From Eledone cirrhosa (taxonomy: Eukaryota): DNA of 64,000 bases. The translations under genes were made by a program, and so were the position numbers. Positions 14,283 to 30,118 of this stretch are shown here, one piece after another. Location: assembly GCA_964016885.1 (NCBI GenBank), contig OZ024762.1, positions 27,094,001-27,158,000 on the forward strand, written 5' to 3'. The notes under the pieces were generated by a model. The model did no database searches, had not been told where the DNA came from, and saw only the letters and a program-made list of their open reading frames with translations. Position 1 is the first letter of the stretch, and each line of letters opens with the position of its first letter.

Positions 14283-14530
14283 GCAGGTTCAACGGACACG
14301 TCTAATGATTTCGGAGTATATTCGCTCACTGCGGTATCTGACCCTCTGGGACAGTACCGTCAAAAACTTCATCCTCTTCGCGTGTCCTGTGATTAGCCGC
14401 TGGTTGTCTACGTCATCATAATGCTGACCACAGGTACCAGTCCGCTGACCATCAGGGCGTTGTCTGTCCCATGTCTGCTACACTTCAATAAATTACTGCT
14501 GTGTTTGGTAGTTTACACATCCACGCGCGC
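14283..14530 (+). repeat. Partial copy of LTR-like dispersed repeat
   Basis: Reverse complement of 16585-16832; contains AATAAA and ends ...gtttaca. Confidence 0.7.
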
Positions 14531-14782
14531 AGTAGGCTGGCCGACCTGGTGTGGGACTTGAAAGACAAAGGCAACCCGTATGACCTCAACTGGAGTATCG
14601 TTCGGCACGCGAATGCATACTCGGCTGGAAATAGAAAGTGTAGGCTATGCCTATCCGAGGCCATGGAGATAATCAGACTGAAGGATGATGCGGTCAACCT
14701 GAAATCTGAAATAATCATGACGTGCAGACACCCGAGAAGGTGCACACTCTCTGCATGGAATCCACCGGGCAGCCCAAGCTAA
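14531..14782 (+). mobile_element. PLE GIY-YIG C-terminal fragment
   Basis: LADLVWDLKDK...WSIVRHANAY...CRLCLSE...TCRH. Confidence 0.8.
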
Positions 14783-15480
14783 AGGCATGACCAGAGCGGC
14801 GAAAGGAGTTCAAGAGATCAGACACCATACCCTGTTGACTATATATACCCCGTGGGGTAAGTCGAAATAACGAAATAACCCAGGATGCCTACCAGACTCT
14901 GCACGTCACCCTAGGCAAGAACATCGCCTGAGCCGGGACAGGCTGACCCGGATTCCATTGATATTCAGTCAAATACCTTACACCTATAAGACAATATACC
15001 TCAACCACAGTGACATACTCCAGTATGGCCGGTCCCCGCACCCCCATGCATGTGTATATTTTCAGTAGAGAGTGCATACTCTCCACGTATTCCATTGTGT
15101 AACACCTAATGTATTTTCCGTATGCAGACCCACGTGTGTATCTCATACTTCTCTTGTGTACTATCTCATATGCATACACGTTCCTTCTTTTTTATATATA
15201 TTCTGCACACACTTTCTATGTACGGTCTGCGCATACTATTTACTGTAATACCATGAACGCACATTATGTGGCTTTGCAGGAAGATTCCATACATCGATTA
15301 ATCAATGTTCGCAACGTAACAACATCTCTGTAGACTCATACAACTGGACGCAACCTTACCTGTATAGCCCACTGTGTATCTTTATATGACGTTATATGAA
15401 TATTTTTTTATATATTTATACTCTTTATATATATATATATATTTATAGAGTACTCAAAACTTAGGGTAGTGGAGTGGGTA

Positions 15481-15592
15481 ATAGGAAAAAGTATGACCCC
15501 GACGGCAGAGCTCAAGCCGTTTTGACGGCTATTTCTGGACCAGAAAAAGCCGTCGAAACGGTTTGAGCTCTGCCGTCGGGGTCATACGTCTT

Positions 15593-15597
<5 letters not shown>
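15481..15597. repeat. ~115 bp palindrome of the PLE terminal repeat family seen at 8400/9900/36090
   Basis: ggaaaaagtatgaccccgacggcagagc... mirrored; carries HHR 3' half GAAAcgg...ccgTC. Confidence 0.85.
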
Positions 15598-15677
<80 letters not shown>

Positions 15678-15778
15678 ATCAATGTATTTTCTATGTACGT
15701 ACATGTTTATAACAAGATGCATCCTTTCATGTATCACCCATTGTGTATCTTTATATGACTTTGTGTGTATATTCTATT

Positions 15779-15834
<56 letters not shown>

Positions 15835-16502
15835 TAAATTAGCGAGAATCGGTTTCAGCTCAGGAATCAACGAAAATCAACGTCCGATATGTGTGGCAAG
15901 CGCTCAATGATTCATGTGAATCAGAGCTACAACATACGTTAAGGGCCAAACACACTGAGATGATGGTTAAACATATCATCCGCACAGCCAAAACGAACGA
16001 CCAAGTAATTCGGGTCAAACAATAAAAATATGTGTTGATATATATATATATATTTTTATGCGTGCGTGGGTATGTATGTGAATATGCGCATATTTGTAGG
16101 AGTGTATATGAGCCAGTGTGTGTGTGTGTGTACAAGCACCCTTGTAGGGAAAGTGCTTGTTTGTGCATTTATATGTGTGTTTGCGTGCGAGTGTGTATTT
16201 GTGCGTGTATATATGTATATGGGTATGTGTGTGTATATGTGCGTGTGCGTGGGTGGAAGAGGGGGGATCTATGTATATGTATGTACGTGTTTGTGCGTAC
16301 GCGTATATATACGCGTATGCATGTGTATGCACACATGTGTGTTTGTCTGTTGATGTATATAGGCATGTGGGCATGTGTCTGTGTATGTACGTGCCTCTCT
16401 GAATGCATGTATACGTATGTTTATATCTTTATATGTTCTCCTTAAATGTGTGTGTGTATAGCGGGAGTCTATGCGTACGACTCTCGTTATGTGTGTGTGT
16501 GG

Positions 16503-16583
<81 letters not shown>

Positions 16584-16584
16584 T

Positions 16585-16902
16585 GCGCGTGTGGATGTGT
16601 AAACTACCAAACACGGCAGTAACTTATTGAAGTGTAGCAGACATGGGACAGACAACGCCCTGATGGTCAGCGGACAGGTACCTGTGGTCAGCATTATGAT
16701 GACGTAGACAACCAGCGGCCAATCACAGGACACGTGAAGAGGGTGAAGTTTTTGACGGTACTGTCCCAGAGGGTCAGATACCCCAGTGAGAGAATATGCT
16801 CCGAAATCATTAGACGTGTCCGTCGAACCTGCGGTTCCAGAATCAGACAGATCCACACAATGATCACGTCTCGAGCTCTCCACCGGCGAAACAATTGTAA
16901 CA
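16585..16902 (-). repeat. ~300 bp solo-LTR-like repeat (TGTTA...TTACA)
   Basis: TG...CA ends on minus strand; second copy at 14283-14530; no TSD found. Confidence 0.5.
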
Positions 16903-16965
16903 CACAATAAATTAAGTTTAGATGCATCACTTATTTTTCGTTTTCTATTAAATATACACACACAC

Positions 16966-16999
<34 letters not shown>

Positions 17000-19065
17000 T
17001 TCGTTTAACATCCATTTTCCACGCTAGCATGGGTTAGACGGGACTTTTCCCACTTGAGGCAAGGCTGGTCGGGTGACCGTGTCTCGCTTATATAGGACTA
17101 TCTGGCAGGTTTTCTACGGCTTGATGCCCTTCCTAACACCAACCACATTTACAGTGTGGAACTGGGAACTTTTTACCGTGTTACCTACACGGCCACATTA
17201 CAGCATGGACTGTGTGTTTTTTGTCGTGACACCTACACGATCTCGATCTCATTATTTCGTGCTGTTGGTGGGAGTGGGAGGATAGGGTAGGGGTAGTGGA
17301 TTGGGGTGTATATTTGGTTAAGAGGTGCCTACTGACTGTAGGTTTCGCTTTGTACATAGGCAAGGCGGGTCTTCTGTATTACTGCGTAGCGCCAAAGATC
17401 TCGGTCCAGTGACATTATCTTAGAGAGATGTAAGTGTGTGAGGTCGGAGTTTTTCAGATCATCCCAGGTTTTTCTGGGTCTACCTACTCCGTAACTACCA
17501 TCAATTTTGATCGCCCTGCACTTTTTTATGCAGCTATCGTCTTTCATGCGCATCACGTGACCATACCAACATAGTCTTCTCTCAAGTAAACAGCATCTGA
17601 TCCCTCTTATTCCTGATTTCTCACTTAGTTCATTTATGCTTTGCCGTTCACGTATATTACTATTACACATCCAACGGAGCATGCATGCTTCGTTCCTTTC
17701 CAGTCTACGCAGATCCTCTGCACGTAATGCGCATGCCTCACTGCCATGTAGCATTGCTGTTCGTATACATGCAATATACAATCTGCCTTTCATTTTTAGA
17801 GAGAAACCTTTTGTGACCAACAGCGGTATAAGCTCTCTGAATTTTTTCCATCCCGTTCTGACTCTGGCTACTGTACTTTCAGAACACCCTCCACCACTGC
17901 TGATTTCGTCACCCAGGTAACGGAAAGTGTCTACTATTTCTATAGAACCATCTGGGCAATAGAAGGAGCTAGTATCCTTTGGACACTTGCTACTTATTGC
18001 ACCTGAGCATTGGCCAGATATAAAATCTACGTTCTTAGATAGTTTACTTGTGATCCCACTACATCTTTTATGCACCTATACTTTGCATTTGGGACATAAA
18101 ATGGAATTTCTGCCTACTCCTTTCCTACACACTGAGCATGGCCATTTCCCTGAGTGCGCCTGTGCCCTATTTTCCTTTCTACAAACTAGAACTTTAGTCT
18201 TAGACAAGTTAACTTTAAGGCCTTTTGATTCTAGGCCATGCTTCCATGTTTCGAATTTCTTCTCTAGTTCAGCCATTCATTCAGCTATGAGTGTTAGATC
18301 ATCTGAGTATAGGAGTTCCCATGGGCAGCCGGTCTTGAACTCCTCTGTTATTGCCTGAAGGGCAATAATAAATAAGAGGGGGCTAAGGACAGAGCCTTGA
18401 TGAACGCCAACTGTTACACTAAATTCTTCACAATATTCATTGTTAATACTAACCTTACTGACTGTTTCATAATACATAGCTTGTATAGCTCTCACAAGCC
18501 ATTCATCTACACCTAGTTTTCTAAGAGCCCACCAGATAATGGAGCGGGGGCCTCTGTCAAAAGCTTTCTCCATGTCTACAAAAGCTAAGTAGAGTGGTTT
18601 ACTTTTAGCTAGGTACTACTCTTGTAGTTGTTGTACAAGGAAAAGAGCGTCTGTGGTACTTTTACCTGACACAAACCCAAACTGCATTTCATCTAGATCA
18701 ATTCGTTCTCTGATTAGTTGCGCTATAACTCTTTCTGTGATATTCATGACCTGGTCAACTAACTTAATGCCCTTTACCCTTGTAGCAGTTAATGATGATG
18801 CTGCGACGCCAGTCTTTCGGTATGACCAAATTTTGTATTACTTGGTTAACTATACGGATGACCATAGTGTGTCCCACCATACCAGATGTTTTCAGCATCT
18901 CAGCAACTATCTCCGAAGGCCCTACTGCCTTGCCTGTCTTCATATCTTTGATTGCCTTACTTATACTACCTTTAACTTGCACCGCTGGTCCTCCTATTGG
19001 ATCGATTTGGGACAGACTTTTTCCCATTTATTCTCCTCATTTAATAGTCTCTCGTAGTACACTTC
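16966..19065 (-). mobile_element. RTE-type LINE, 5'-truncated RT pseudogene with (GAT)n tail
   Basis: MEKAFDR, VGVHQGSVLSPLLF, LLYSDDL, FRYLG, RLCWYGHV, GRPRKTW; ends ggatgttaaacgaa(gat)n. Confidence 0.92.
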
Positions 19066-19184
19066 CAGGCTATCTTCTTATCAGTATCAGTGAGCGCCAG
19101 TACACCGTTAGCATTACGGACACACTTCTCCCCGACAATATCACGGTTTTCCTTATATATATATATACATATATATATAGAAGA

Positions 19185-19280
19185 GCTTCTACAGGACTAG
19201 AACTGTTTCATTCGTGAGAAATCATCAGGAAGCTTCCTGATGATTTCTCACGAATGAAACAGTTCTAGTCCTGTAGAAGC
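19185..19280. ncRNA. Perfect 96 bp palindrome made of two divergent hammerhead ribozymes
   Basis: gcttc-CTGATGA-tttctcacgaat-GAAA-cag ttctagtc ctg-TA-gaagc on + (19232-19280) and identically on - (19185-19233). Confidence 0.88.
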
Positions 19281-19371
19281 ACTTCTATATGAAAACTTTT
19301 ATACTCTGCTATGTATTGAGTATCCTACTTACTATGGTTACCTCCGATTCAACCCGGAATAATTTATATAT

Positions 19372-19464
<93 letters not shown>

Positions 19465-19544
19465 CATACATACATATATATAGATGGACAACGTTTTTTA
19501 GTAAAACACAATTTCACATGAGCATCAGAAAATCTAATATATAT

Positions 19545-19816
19545 TAACTTGCTGAGGTTTTCGAGAACAATACATAGGCCAGACCAAAAACAGCCTCCGC
19601 CAACGCATGACCGTCCATAGATCCCAAAGCAAAATACGGGAATACAGGAAAATACCACTGAGTGAACACATTGATACCTGTGCCACCCCAAATCATCCCA
19701 ACTTCAGAATCTTTCCCCTCTACAAATTTAAAGATAATGTCACCCACACCCAGCGCATCAGCAATGAATCTCACTTTATTAACAAATACGGACCCCGTCT
19801 AAACACTTCTCCCTAA
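19545..19816 (+). mobile_element. Neptune-like PLE GIY-YIG fragment
   Basis: TYIGQTK..LRQRMTVH, PLSEHIDTC, FRIFPLYK, ESHFINKYGPRLN; resembles the C-terminus at 1486-1812. Confidence 0.8.
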
Positions 19817-20345
19817 GACGAACCCACAACATACACACGTCAACATACATACCTACATCAGCATACATCCTACATACATCTCTATCCACATATAAATACA
19901 ATGACATACGTAAACACACATGTTCTATGGTGCAATACAAATATACACAAATTTGCATACCTTTTGATGTCTATAGATATAAACGTACCGACACACACAT
20001 ACATATACGCACAGATGCATTGCACACTGAGGGGCACATACATATTTGTACACAAGTATTCCAATACGGCAGGGCCTAATGGATTCCCCTTGCAGTACGT
20101 ACAATCTGGACACTCACACACACCTTGATGTTATGACAATACTATATATCATTTCACACCTTTTATTATTAATGTTTTTGGTGTTCTCTTGAGAGAATCG
20201 TTTTTGCTGAAAATATCGAATAATGTACACCATTTTTACCAGTATCACAAAAATACTGGTCAACCCACACACACACACGCACACATACACGCATATACAC
20301 ACACACACATATATATACACACACACGCGTACACTAACATACAAA

Positions 20346-20418
<73 letters not shown>

Positions 20419-20560
20419 CTCCGTATAAGACAAGAGCTGAAAAATATCTTTCAACATGTTAAAATATCCCCCGCACACGTACAGACACATTCCTATTGAC
20501 CGATCCCTCTACCACGAATTACTCTGCTACAAACACACACACACACACACACACACCCAC

Positions 20561-20606
<46 letters not shown>

Positions 20607-21209
20607 ACACACACATACACACACACACACATATTTGTCTTAATAGGCACTTGAACTGTTGACCTGTCAACATGACTGCAATTCACACACACATCCCTAC
20701 TGAACATTATCACAACAATGAACCTCTTTACTATACACACACACACATATTTGTCTTGAAAGACTTATTTTTCAGTGACTTCTCAATCAGGCGAAAAAAA
20801 GACACTATTCGACAAATCTACATTTGGCGCAAAATCAATTTTTAACATTCACGTGACCTCTACCGATCAATCAAAATTGTTTTGACCACAAGAATTTTTG
20901 CAACACGAATTGGCGGGAAACTTATTTTAATACATCTGGAGCCACTTTTTTCACATAAAACAGGCAGAATTTCCAAAACTGATCAGATTAGAGCAAACAT
21001 CACAGGCGCTCTATCTCAAATTTATTTTTGAAAAGTATTAGAAATGCGCAACCTGTAAAACTTAAAACCAAAACTGAATACTAACCAATACTATTACTAA
21101 TTTTTGCTTATTCTTAATTAAACTATTTTTCTCTGGGAACAATTTGTCAGCATTTTCTTTTCCTTTTACCAGTATATCACAACTCGTGTGTTAACCTCTA
21201 TTCTTTTAA

Positions 21210-21940
<731 letters not shown>

Positions 21941-21952
21941 ATGTACATATAT

Positions 21953-22036
<84 letters not shown>

Positions 22037-22239
22037 ATATATATATATAAGGAGATTAATATCCCCACAGGTACTAAGTATCCACGGAAATATATAGGCT
22101 CTCTATAATACAAATGTTTTTCAATGGTATTAATTTGAGATACCAGAACTATAAAATTGAAATGAGCGGAACAAGCAAAATTTAAACAATCTTTCAAAAT
22201 AAATTCAAAATACAATTTAAATCTTTACCTATCCATATT

Positions 22240-22317
22240 GCTTTTACCGACGGTTTCGCCTCACAAAATATTGGAAATCCAAAGACTTCCAATGGAATAA
22301 TCGGCTCTTCAGAAAGC
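22240..22317 (-). ncRNA. Hammerhead ribozyme
   Basis: gcttt-CTGAAGA-gcc...ggc-GAAA-ccg t cgg-TA-aaagc. Confidence 0.85.
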
Positions 22318-22477
22318 GTTTTCCATTACATAGGACATATAGTCCCATAGCAGGCAAATACATTGCTTTCAGCCAGCTAGTGAAAGATCGAGTGGGGTCG
22401 TAAACATGACCTACACGTGAACTGGTCGTTAGTAGAAGCGGGAATATTATAGACTATATATATATATAGATGTATAA

Positions 22478-23173
22478 GTGGTTACACAAGAGTTAGATCA
22501 CCATACCGAGAACAATATTTTCACCTTAGCGATTCCTCACCTCGTAATGCACAAGGTTATACGGAACAGGAATGACAACCGTACGAACACGCATGCGCGG
22601 AAACCGTCACTTCACACAGGCAATACTAAAAAGCGTGCGAGAGGTGTAAGGGAGATAACTGCGAAAGTCCGAAAAGTTTCTATGGAAAGCCATCACTAAG
22701 TCCAAACCATACGCAAGGGGAAATCCGTCGTGTGGACTATGTATTGATGAACGAATAAATATTCTAAAGAGATTATACAATAGTGATTGCCTAAATACGA
22801 GATATGAATTCTTCACACGTTGTCCACACGTCTCGAAACACCTCTTACATAATTACAAAGCTCCGGATTGAATCACAACAACATCCTAATTTTCTTATCA
22901 ACTAGAAACCTTTCGGACTTTCGCAGTTATCTCCCTTACACCCCTCGCACGATTTTTAGTATTACCTGTGTGAATCGAGGGTTTCTGCGCATGCGCGCTT
23001 GTACGGTTGTCCTTCCTGTCCCGTATAACCATGTCCATTACGAGCTGAGGATCTGCTAAGGTGAAACAATTGTTCTTGGTATGGTGAACTAACTGTTGTG
23101 TAACCACTTCTACCTAACTCGTCCCATGGACTAAGTTCTCTACCACTACGGATATTACTTTCCAGTGTTCTAC

Positions 23174-23175
<2 letters not shown>
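22478..23175 (+). mobile_element. Mini-PLE: inverted repeat + GIY-YIG C-terminus + HHR-bearing repeat with tail
   Basis: 22478-22682 mirrors 22902-23108; 22683-22871 reads WKAITKSKPYARGNPSCGLCIDE...LNTRYEFFTRCPH; HHR cgag-CTGAGGA-...-GAAA-caattg-TT-cttg at 23041-23078. Confidence 0.85.
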
Positions 23176-23229
<54 letters not shown>

Positions 23230-23236
23230 TATATAT

Positions 23237-24452
<1,216 letters not shown>

Positions 24453-25249
24453 TACCCTATATCTCATTCCACGAACAAAGGTTTAAATATTTTACACATA
24501 TATATTTTTTTATTATACAAATATCTTTTTACACTCATTTTTCTTGCATATTTCAGAACATTCTACAAAGTTTTAAACAAATGTTATATGGTCTTCTACG
24601 CTTTAAATCACTCTAGCAATTCCCTTTATCTACTTGTTGATATAAAATAATATTTAAATAGTTCATATATAATATTTCATTATATTCTTTTTCTCACTAT
24701 TTTTAAGCCGCTCACCTTTCCTCCTTTATCACATCAAATTTTCAGTATAAACCTTCGTAGATTTTGTAACAAACTATGACGTCATATGTTTTTTTCTTCG
24801 CTTTTTCTACGCTTAAATCATTATAACATTTTCCTTTATTTATCGTTGATTAAAATAATATTTAAATATTTAAATGGTTTTCCCACATATATAATTTTTT
24901 ATATATAATCTATAATTTTTAATAGTAAATTTTTAATTTTTGACATGGTTTGACTACTCTTATTTACTTTTTTCTACACATATATATATTTTTTTACATA
25001 AATATCTTTTCACTCAATTTTCGCACATTTCTCAATTACACTCTGTTTAAACAAACTATGACGTTATATTGTCTTCTACGCTTACAAATCATTTAATTTT
25101 ATTTTATTTTATTTTATTTTATTTTATTTTATTTTAATAATACATTTTCACATCTCTTAATCAATTTTTTAGTATATAAACCCTAAATAAATAATATACC
25201 TAGTTTCTATATCTGTAATTTAAGCACATAAACTTCATCAATTTATTTA

Positions 25250-26400
25250 ATTGTGAAATTAATAGGAAAAGAAAATTCATAATAAAATTCTTCAATAACT
25301 ACAACCTTAAGTTAAAAATAGAGAATAACTATAAAATCGTTAACTTTTTAGACGTAACATTAAACCTTAGCACAGGGCTTTACTATCCATTCCATTAAAT
25401 TAATAAGAATCTAAGCTATATAAGTTTTAACTCTAATCATCCTAGATCTATCAAGAACACTATTGTCAATTTTGTAAAATAACGGATTCACGCATCTCCG
25501 CTAATAAAACCATTTTTGATGATAAGGCGGAATATTATAATGAAGCTTTAAATAGAGCAGGGTATATAAATAAGATTAAATACATCGACAACAATAATAA
25601 GGCAAATCACCCTACTATTAATTGTAATAATAATTTAAAAAATTTAACTTTAAACTCTAAAACTAACAGAAGAACTAGAACTAGAAATATTATTTGGTAC
25701 TCACCCCATTCTCATTAAGCGTTAAAACACCTTTAACAAAGCTATTCTTTAAAGCACTAGATAAATGTTTTCCGAAAACCCACAGTTACCACTCAATCTT
25801 TAACAGACATACTATAAAACTATCCTACTCTACTACTATGAATATAGCACAAAATATAAATAGAATTAATAATAGAAACTTAAATTTAAATCCTAACCAA
25901 AATAATCAAAATAGCAATAATAATATTTCTAGCAATATCCAACCTAATAGTAACGTTCCGAACAACAACAACTCCGCAAAATGTAACTGTAGAATTAAAT
26001 CAAACTGTCCTTTACAAAATAAGTGTTTAGATAAAAACGTGGTCTATAAATGCACAGTTAAGATTAGTGATAATGTACTTAACTATGTCGCTGCCACTTC
26101 TACAGAATTTAAAATTCGCTGGAATAACCACAATTTTTCTTTCCGAAGATTTGATAAAAGATCTTCAACGTTTCTTTCAAACCTGATATGGAACTTAAAA
26201 TGCAAGACTATTCATTAGCCTGGGAAACAGTTTCAAAAACGCACCTGCGCACTGAAACACAGCTTTATCTAGATTCTGCAAATTGTGTATTGAGGAAATG
26301 TGTTATATAATTAACTATAAAAACTCTATTAATCGAAGAACGAATTTATTTAATTCTTGTAGACATCGACCGAATTCAACATTCAGAACTATATATAACT
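25250..26400 (+). mobile_element. Degenerate PLE (YRDD type) RT C-terminus + GIY-YIG
   Basis: IVNFLDVTLNL, SNHP, IKLSYSTT, CNCRIKSNCPL, EFKIRWNNH; stops and frameshifts. Confidence 0.85.
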
Positions 26401-28030
26401 TATAATTATACTTATAATATCCCTATTAATCTCCATAACAATCTCATATACTTGGTTTTAATATATTGATATCTCTAAATCCTAATATCTCTAACATTTG
26501 CTGTATTTCCACTTCTTAAACATTTTCATATAATATATACGTATATAATTCTAATTTTTAAATTTAAATTTTAATAATTTTTTATTTCTTTAAAAATACT
26601 TATCTCTTAAAAAATTATTTAAAAAAAAAAATTTTTTTTTCATTTTCTCAAAAAGATTTTTCAAAATATTTTTTTTAAATTTTAAAAATTTTTTTAAAGA
26701 TTTTTTAAAACGTTTTCAATACTTTTTCAATATTTTAAAAATATTTTTTAAATATTTTTTTAATATTTTCTCAATATATTTTCAATATTTTTTAACAGAT
26801 TAATAACCACTAACTGCATCTGGCTAAATGTATCTTAAACATCCATTTCGACTAAATAGTCTCACACTAACGAATAAATAAATAAAACCGGAGATGTTTC
26901 CTTATATTCCCTTTTCAATCATATAAATATAAATATTCTTACTTAACTCAGTTAATTTAATTTAATTTAATTCATTTAATTTTAAATCATTCTCAATTTT
27001 AAATACATATTTATTTACATAAAATACAAAACCAGTATCCCTCATAACTCATTAGAACAACTATCTATAACATGATATACCCATCTATTTTTTATTTATT
27101 TATTTATTTATCTACTTATAACAGAAGAAAAATATTATATTATAAACAAATTTTAAACAACTAATAATCGTAAAATATCCTTTTAATATAAATACACATA
27201 CTATTAAGATATACACTTACATATATACATAGATAATTGTTCGAATATATTTCCCTCAAATTAACGTTATATGCGTTTTTTATTCATCTTCGCTTTTTTC
27301 TTCTTCTCTCTCCCTCTCACTATTTTGTCCTTCTTTCTTCTCTCTCACACTATCATAAACTCTCCATAGTCGTTTAAATAAACGGTTGTTTTTCAATTAT
27401 TTATGAGGTGGTTGGTGTAAACAAACGAGACAACAACACACGCATACACAGTAGCATTGCACCGACCAGGTAGACGAATACTACTACCATACGAATATAC
27501 TACATTGCTAATACAGAAACCAGCACAGATAAATACTACAATGGATTGACAGCTAACGCCACCCCACTCCCACAATTAAAAGAACTACTTCGACCGTCGA
27601 CCTTTGCTTGACCGCACTTATTCCGCGAGCACGCGCGCTCTGCTGAATACCTCAGTTAGTCAAAAACAGCGAACAGCAGAGGACACGTACCATTCCTCTC
27701 CAACAGATAACCTTACCCCCTGGAAACCCCCCTCCCAGTTGATGGATGCGAATCCGAAATATAGGGAAATTAAATCTCTCCCAAGGAAATAAAATCTCTC
27801 CCATCTCGTGTTATTATTTTTATTTTTTACGCTCTTTCCTACGTTCTTCTACATACTATACATCTCATTCTACATTTCCTTACATCTCTCTCTTCACCAC
27901 CGGATCTTGTTACCCGGAGAATTACCCATCTGCATTGTTGAGGCTTCCAAAACGACCAAAAGAAAATAAATCTTATTATTCCACAATGTTTCAAGCAAAC
28001 TTCAATTCTCTCATATATATATATATATAT

Positions 28031-28641
28031 ACCAGATAGAAAAATGCGTACAGCAAAAAAAAGTAATATTGTTGGAATATAAACCTTTAAAAATACACGA
28101 CAAGAAACTAAAATAAAACTTTAAAGAATGGGGAGCAGGAGGACTGGAGGGATGACGGGACAGAGGGAGGGAGGACCGGTGGTTGAGGGAGGTGCCGTAG
28201 TCGGTGGTCAGAGTCGACATCTTGTCCCGGTCGTCTTCTCCATCTTCATCTGGTGTTGCGGGACCAGAAGTGCATTCTTGGAGGAGACCTGCAGCTGCAT
28301 CGGCCAATTCTCCTTGCAGTGGTCATTCTGACGGAGCAGAACTGCTCAGCCAACCAACCCCGACCAGAACCAACCGCTCAGGGGCAACGCACAATGAGAG
28401 CATGACAATTATTATGCACTAATCAAGAAGATACTGGGGCATGGCACAGGAAACGAATAAAAAAATGTTGACACTAATATTATTGTAAATTTTTTTATTT
28501 CTTGTCCAATTCTTTAAAGTTTTATCTTAGTTTCTTGTCCTATTCTTTTAAAGTTTTATTTTAGTTTCTTGTCGTGTATTTTTAAAGGTTTATATTCCAA
28601 CAATATTACTTTTTTTTGCTGTACGCATTTTTCTATCTGGT
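28031..28641. repeat. ~100 bp near-perfect inverted repeats around ~400 bp core
   Basis: accagatagaaaaatgcg...ctttaaagaat (28031-28129) mirrored at ~28545-28641; left arm abuts (TA)n. Confidence 0.8.
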
Positions 28642-29549
28642 CTACTATTTTTTAAGGCAATGCAAGCAACAACTATCTAATAATTAAAAGATCATAGTGA
28701 ATTACTGACAAGTGATTGACATTTTAAAGTTCTTTTGAGTATAATTGCAATCTAGTTAAGGCAACTGGCTTAATGACAAAGCTAGTAAATCATGAATGCA
28801 TTTGAGATGATTAGTGCATAATAGTGAATTGGTGAAACTTGTGCATTTCAATGGTGTTACGGATAAAAGCTGATACTGCTGTCTACAACCTTTATATAGG
28901 ATTGTCATGTTTCTCTGTATCTGCAATGTGGGTATACAAAATAAGAATTATGATATTAACTTTTATTTAAAATCCCCAAAAATGCTGTGCATGAAAACTT
29001 CAAAAAGTAATTCTATTTCTATTGATGACCTCTTAGTTGCTCATACTAATTTTGTAAAAGATTTCAAGCCAATAATCAGAATGATCTGGTATAATTTGTA
29101 TGCAGATAAATGACTAATTAGTATAAAGGGCCATCCAGATATCATGTGGACACCGCGAACCAAAAATGGACATGGGTCATCATCGTGGAGCACTCACCTA
29201 ATTTTAAAATATTAGACTATGATAAATGAATTTAGTTAAAAATACAATTTGAAATATATTAGATTACCTCCCCTTGTAATTACCTCGTAATTACCTCCCC
29301 TAGCGTCACGCTTACTACTCACTCACTTGAACACAAGATTTATCAGCAAACTTTGATTATAAACTTTTTCCCGCTGGACCAAATTTCTAGATTTTTAAGC
29401 CAAAAGATGCGTAATGATCTACTGTTCATCCTCATATAAGTTTTATCTCAGTTAAATAAAGTAGAGCCGCGCTGTACTGTCATAAACAGACGATTGCCAA
29501 CGAAAACACGACCACAAAATATTACTAAACGGACTACCGTCCGTTTAGG

Positions 29550-30118
29550 ATTTCGTCTCTGAATTTGTTTAGCAAGATTATTTATCTGAAAACGTGTGTT
29601 GAAACCGATATTGTTATACTTTGGGAGGGTCATGATGCCAATAAGAAACACACGAACCAGTTTCTTTCACTCTAATTTATTATAAATTAAATTATAAATT
29701 TTAAAAAATTTATACATTTCCGGTTGGTTGGTTGGTTGGTTGGTTCCACAACCGTCGGTTGTTCATATATTGTCAAAGTTCTTTCGTCACACATTCTGTG
29801 ACCTCATCAGTGACTGGCGATTCTTTTCCTTGTTTTGTGCCTCTCCTTTGTTCTGTCCCACGCCATCTTATTTTTGTGTGCTGTGTGCTTAGTTTCACAT
29901 GTGTTACATCCGGGTGTCTATGTGTTTTTTTATTTGTTTATTTATTTGTTTATTTACATGTTACTAGTTGGTTGTTTATTTTATTCTATGTATGTGTGTT
30001 TTCATTTTGTCCTTAATTGTAAGTTGTGATGTTGCTATTCCATTCATGTTTAGACAAATCACAGAGGCAATAAACATAAATGAACTCCAACCAAAATTAA
30101 ATAGAAAACATGAATGGG
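29550..30118 (-). mobile_element. PLE terminal repeat with HHR (29772-29814) and short inverted GIY-YIG tail
   Basis: gtca-CTGATGA-ggtcaca gaa tgtgtgac-GAAA-gaac-TT-tgac; same family as 56650-57830; MFRQITEAININELQPKLNRK on + at 30046-30118. Confidence 0.8.

Noticed and set aside
28031-28641. MITE interpretation of the inverted repeats
   Set aside because: No clear TSD and arms are asymmetric against (TA)n like the PLE-type repeats; origin unresolved
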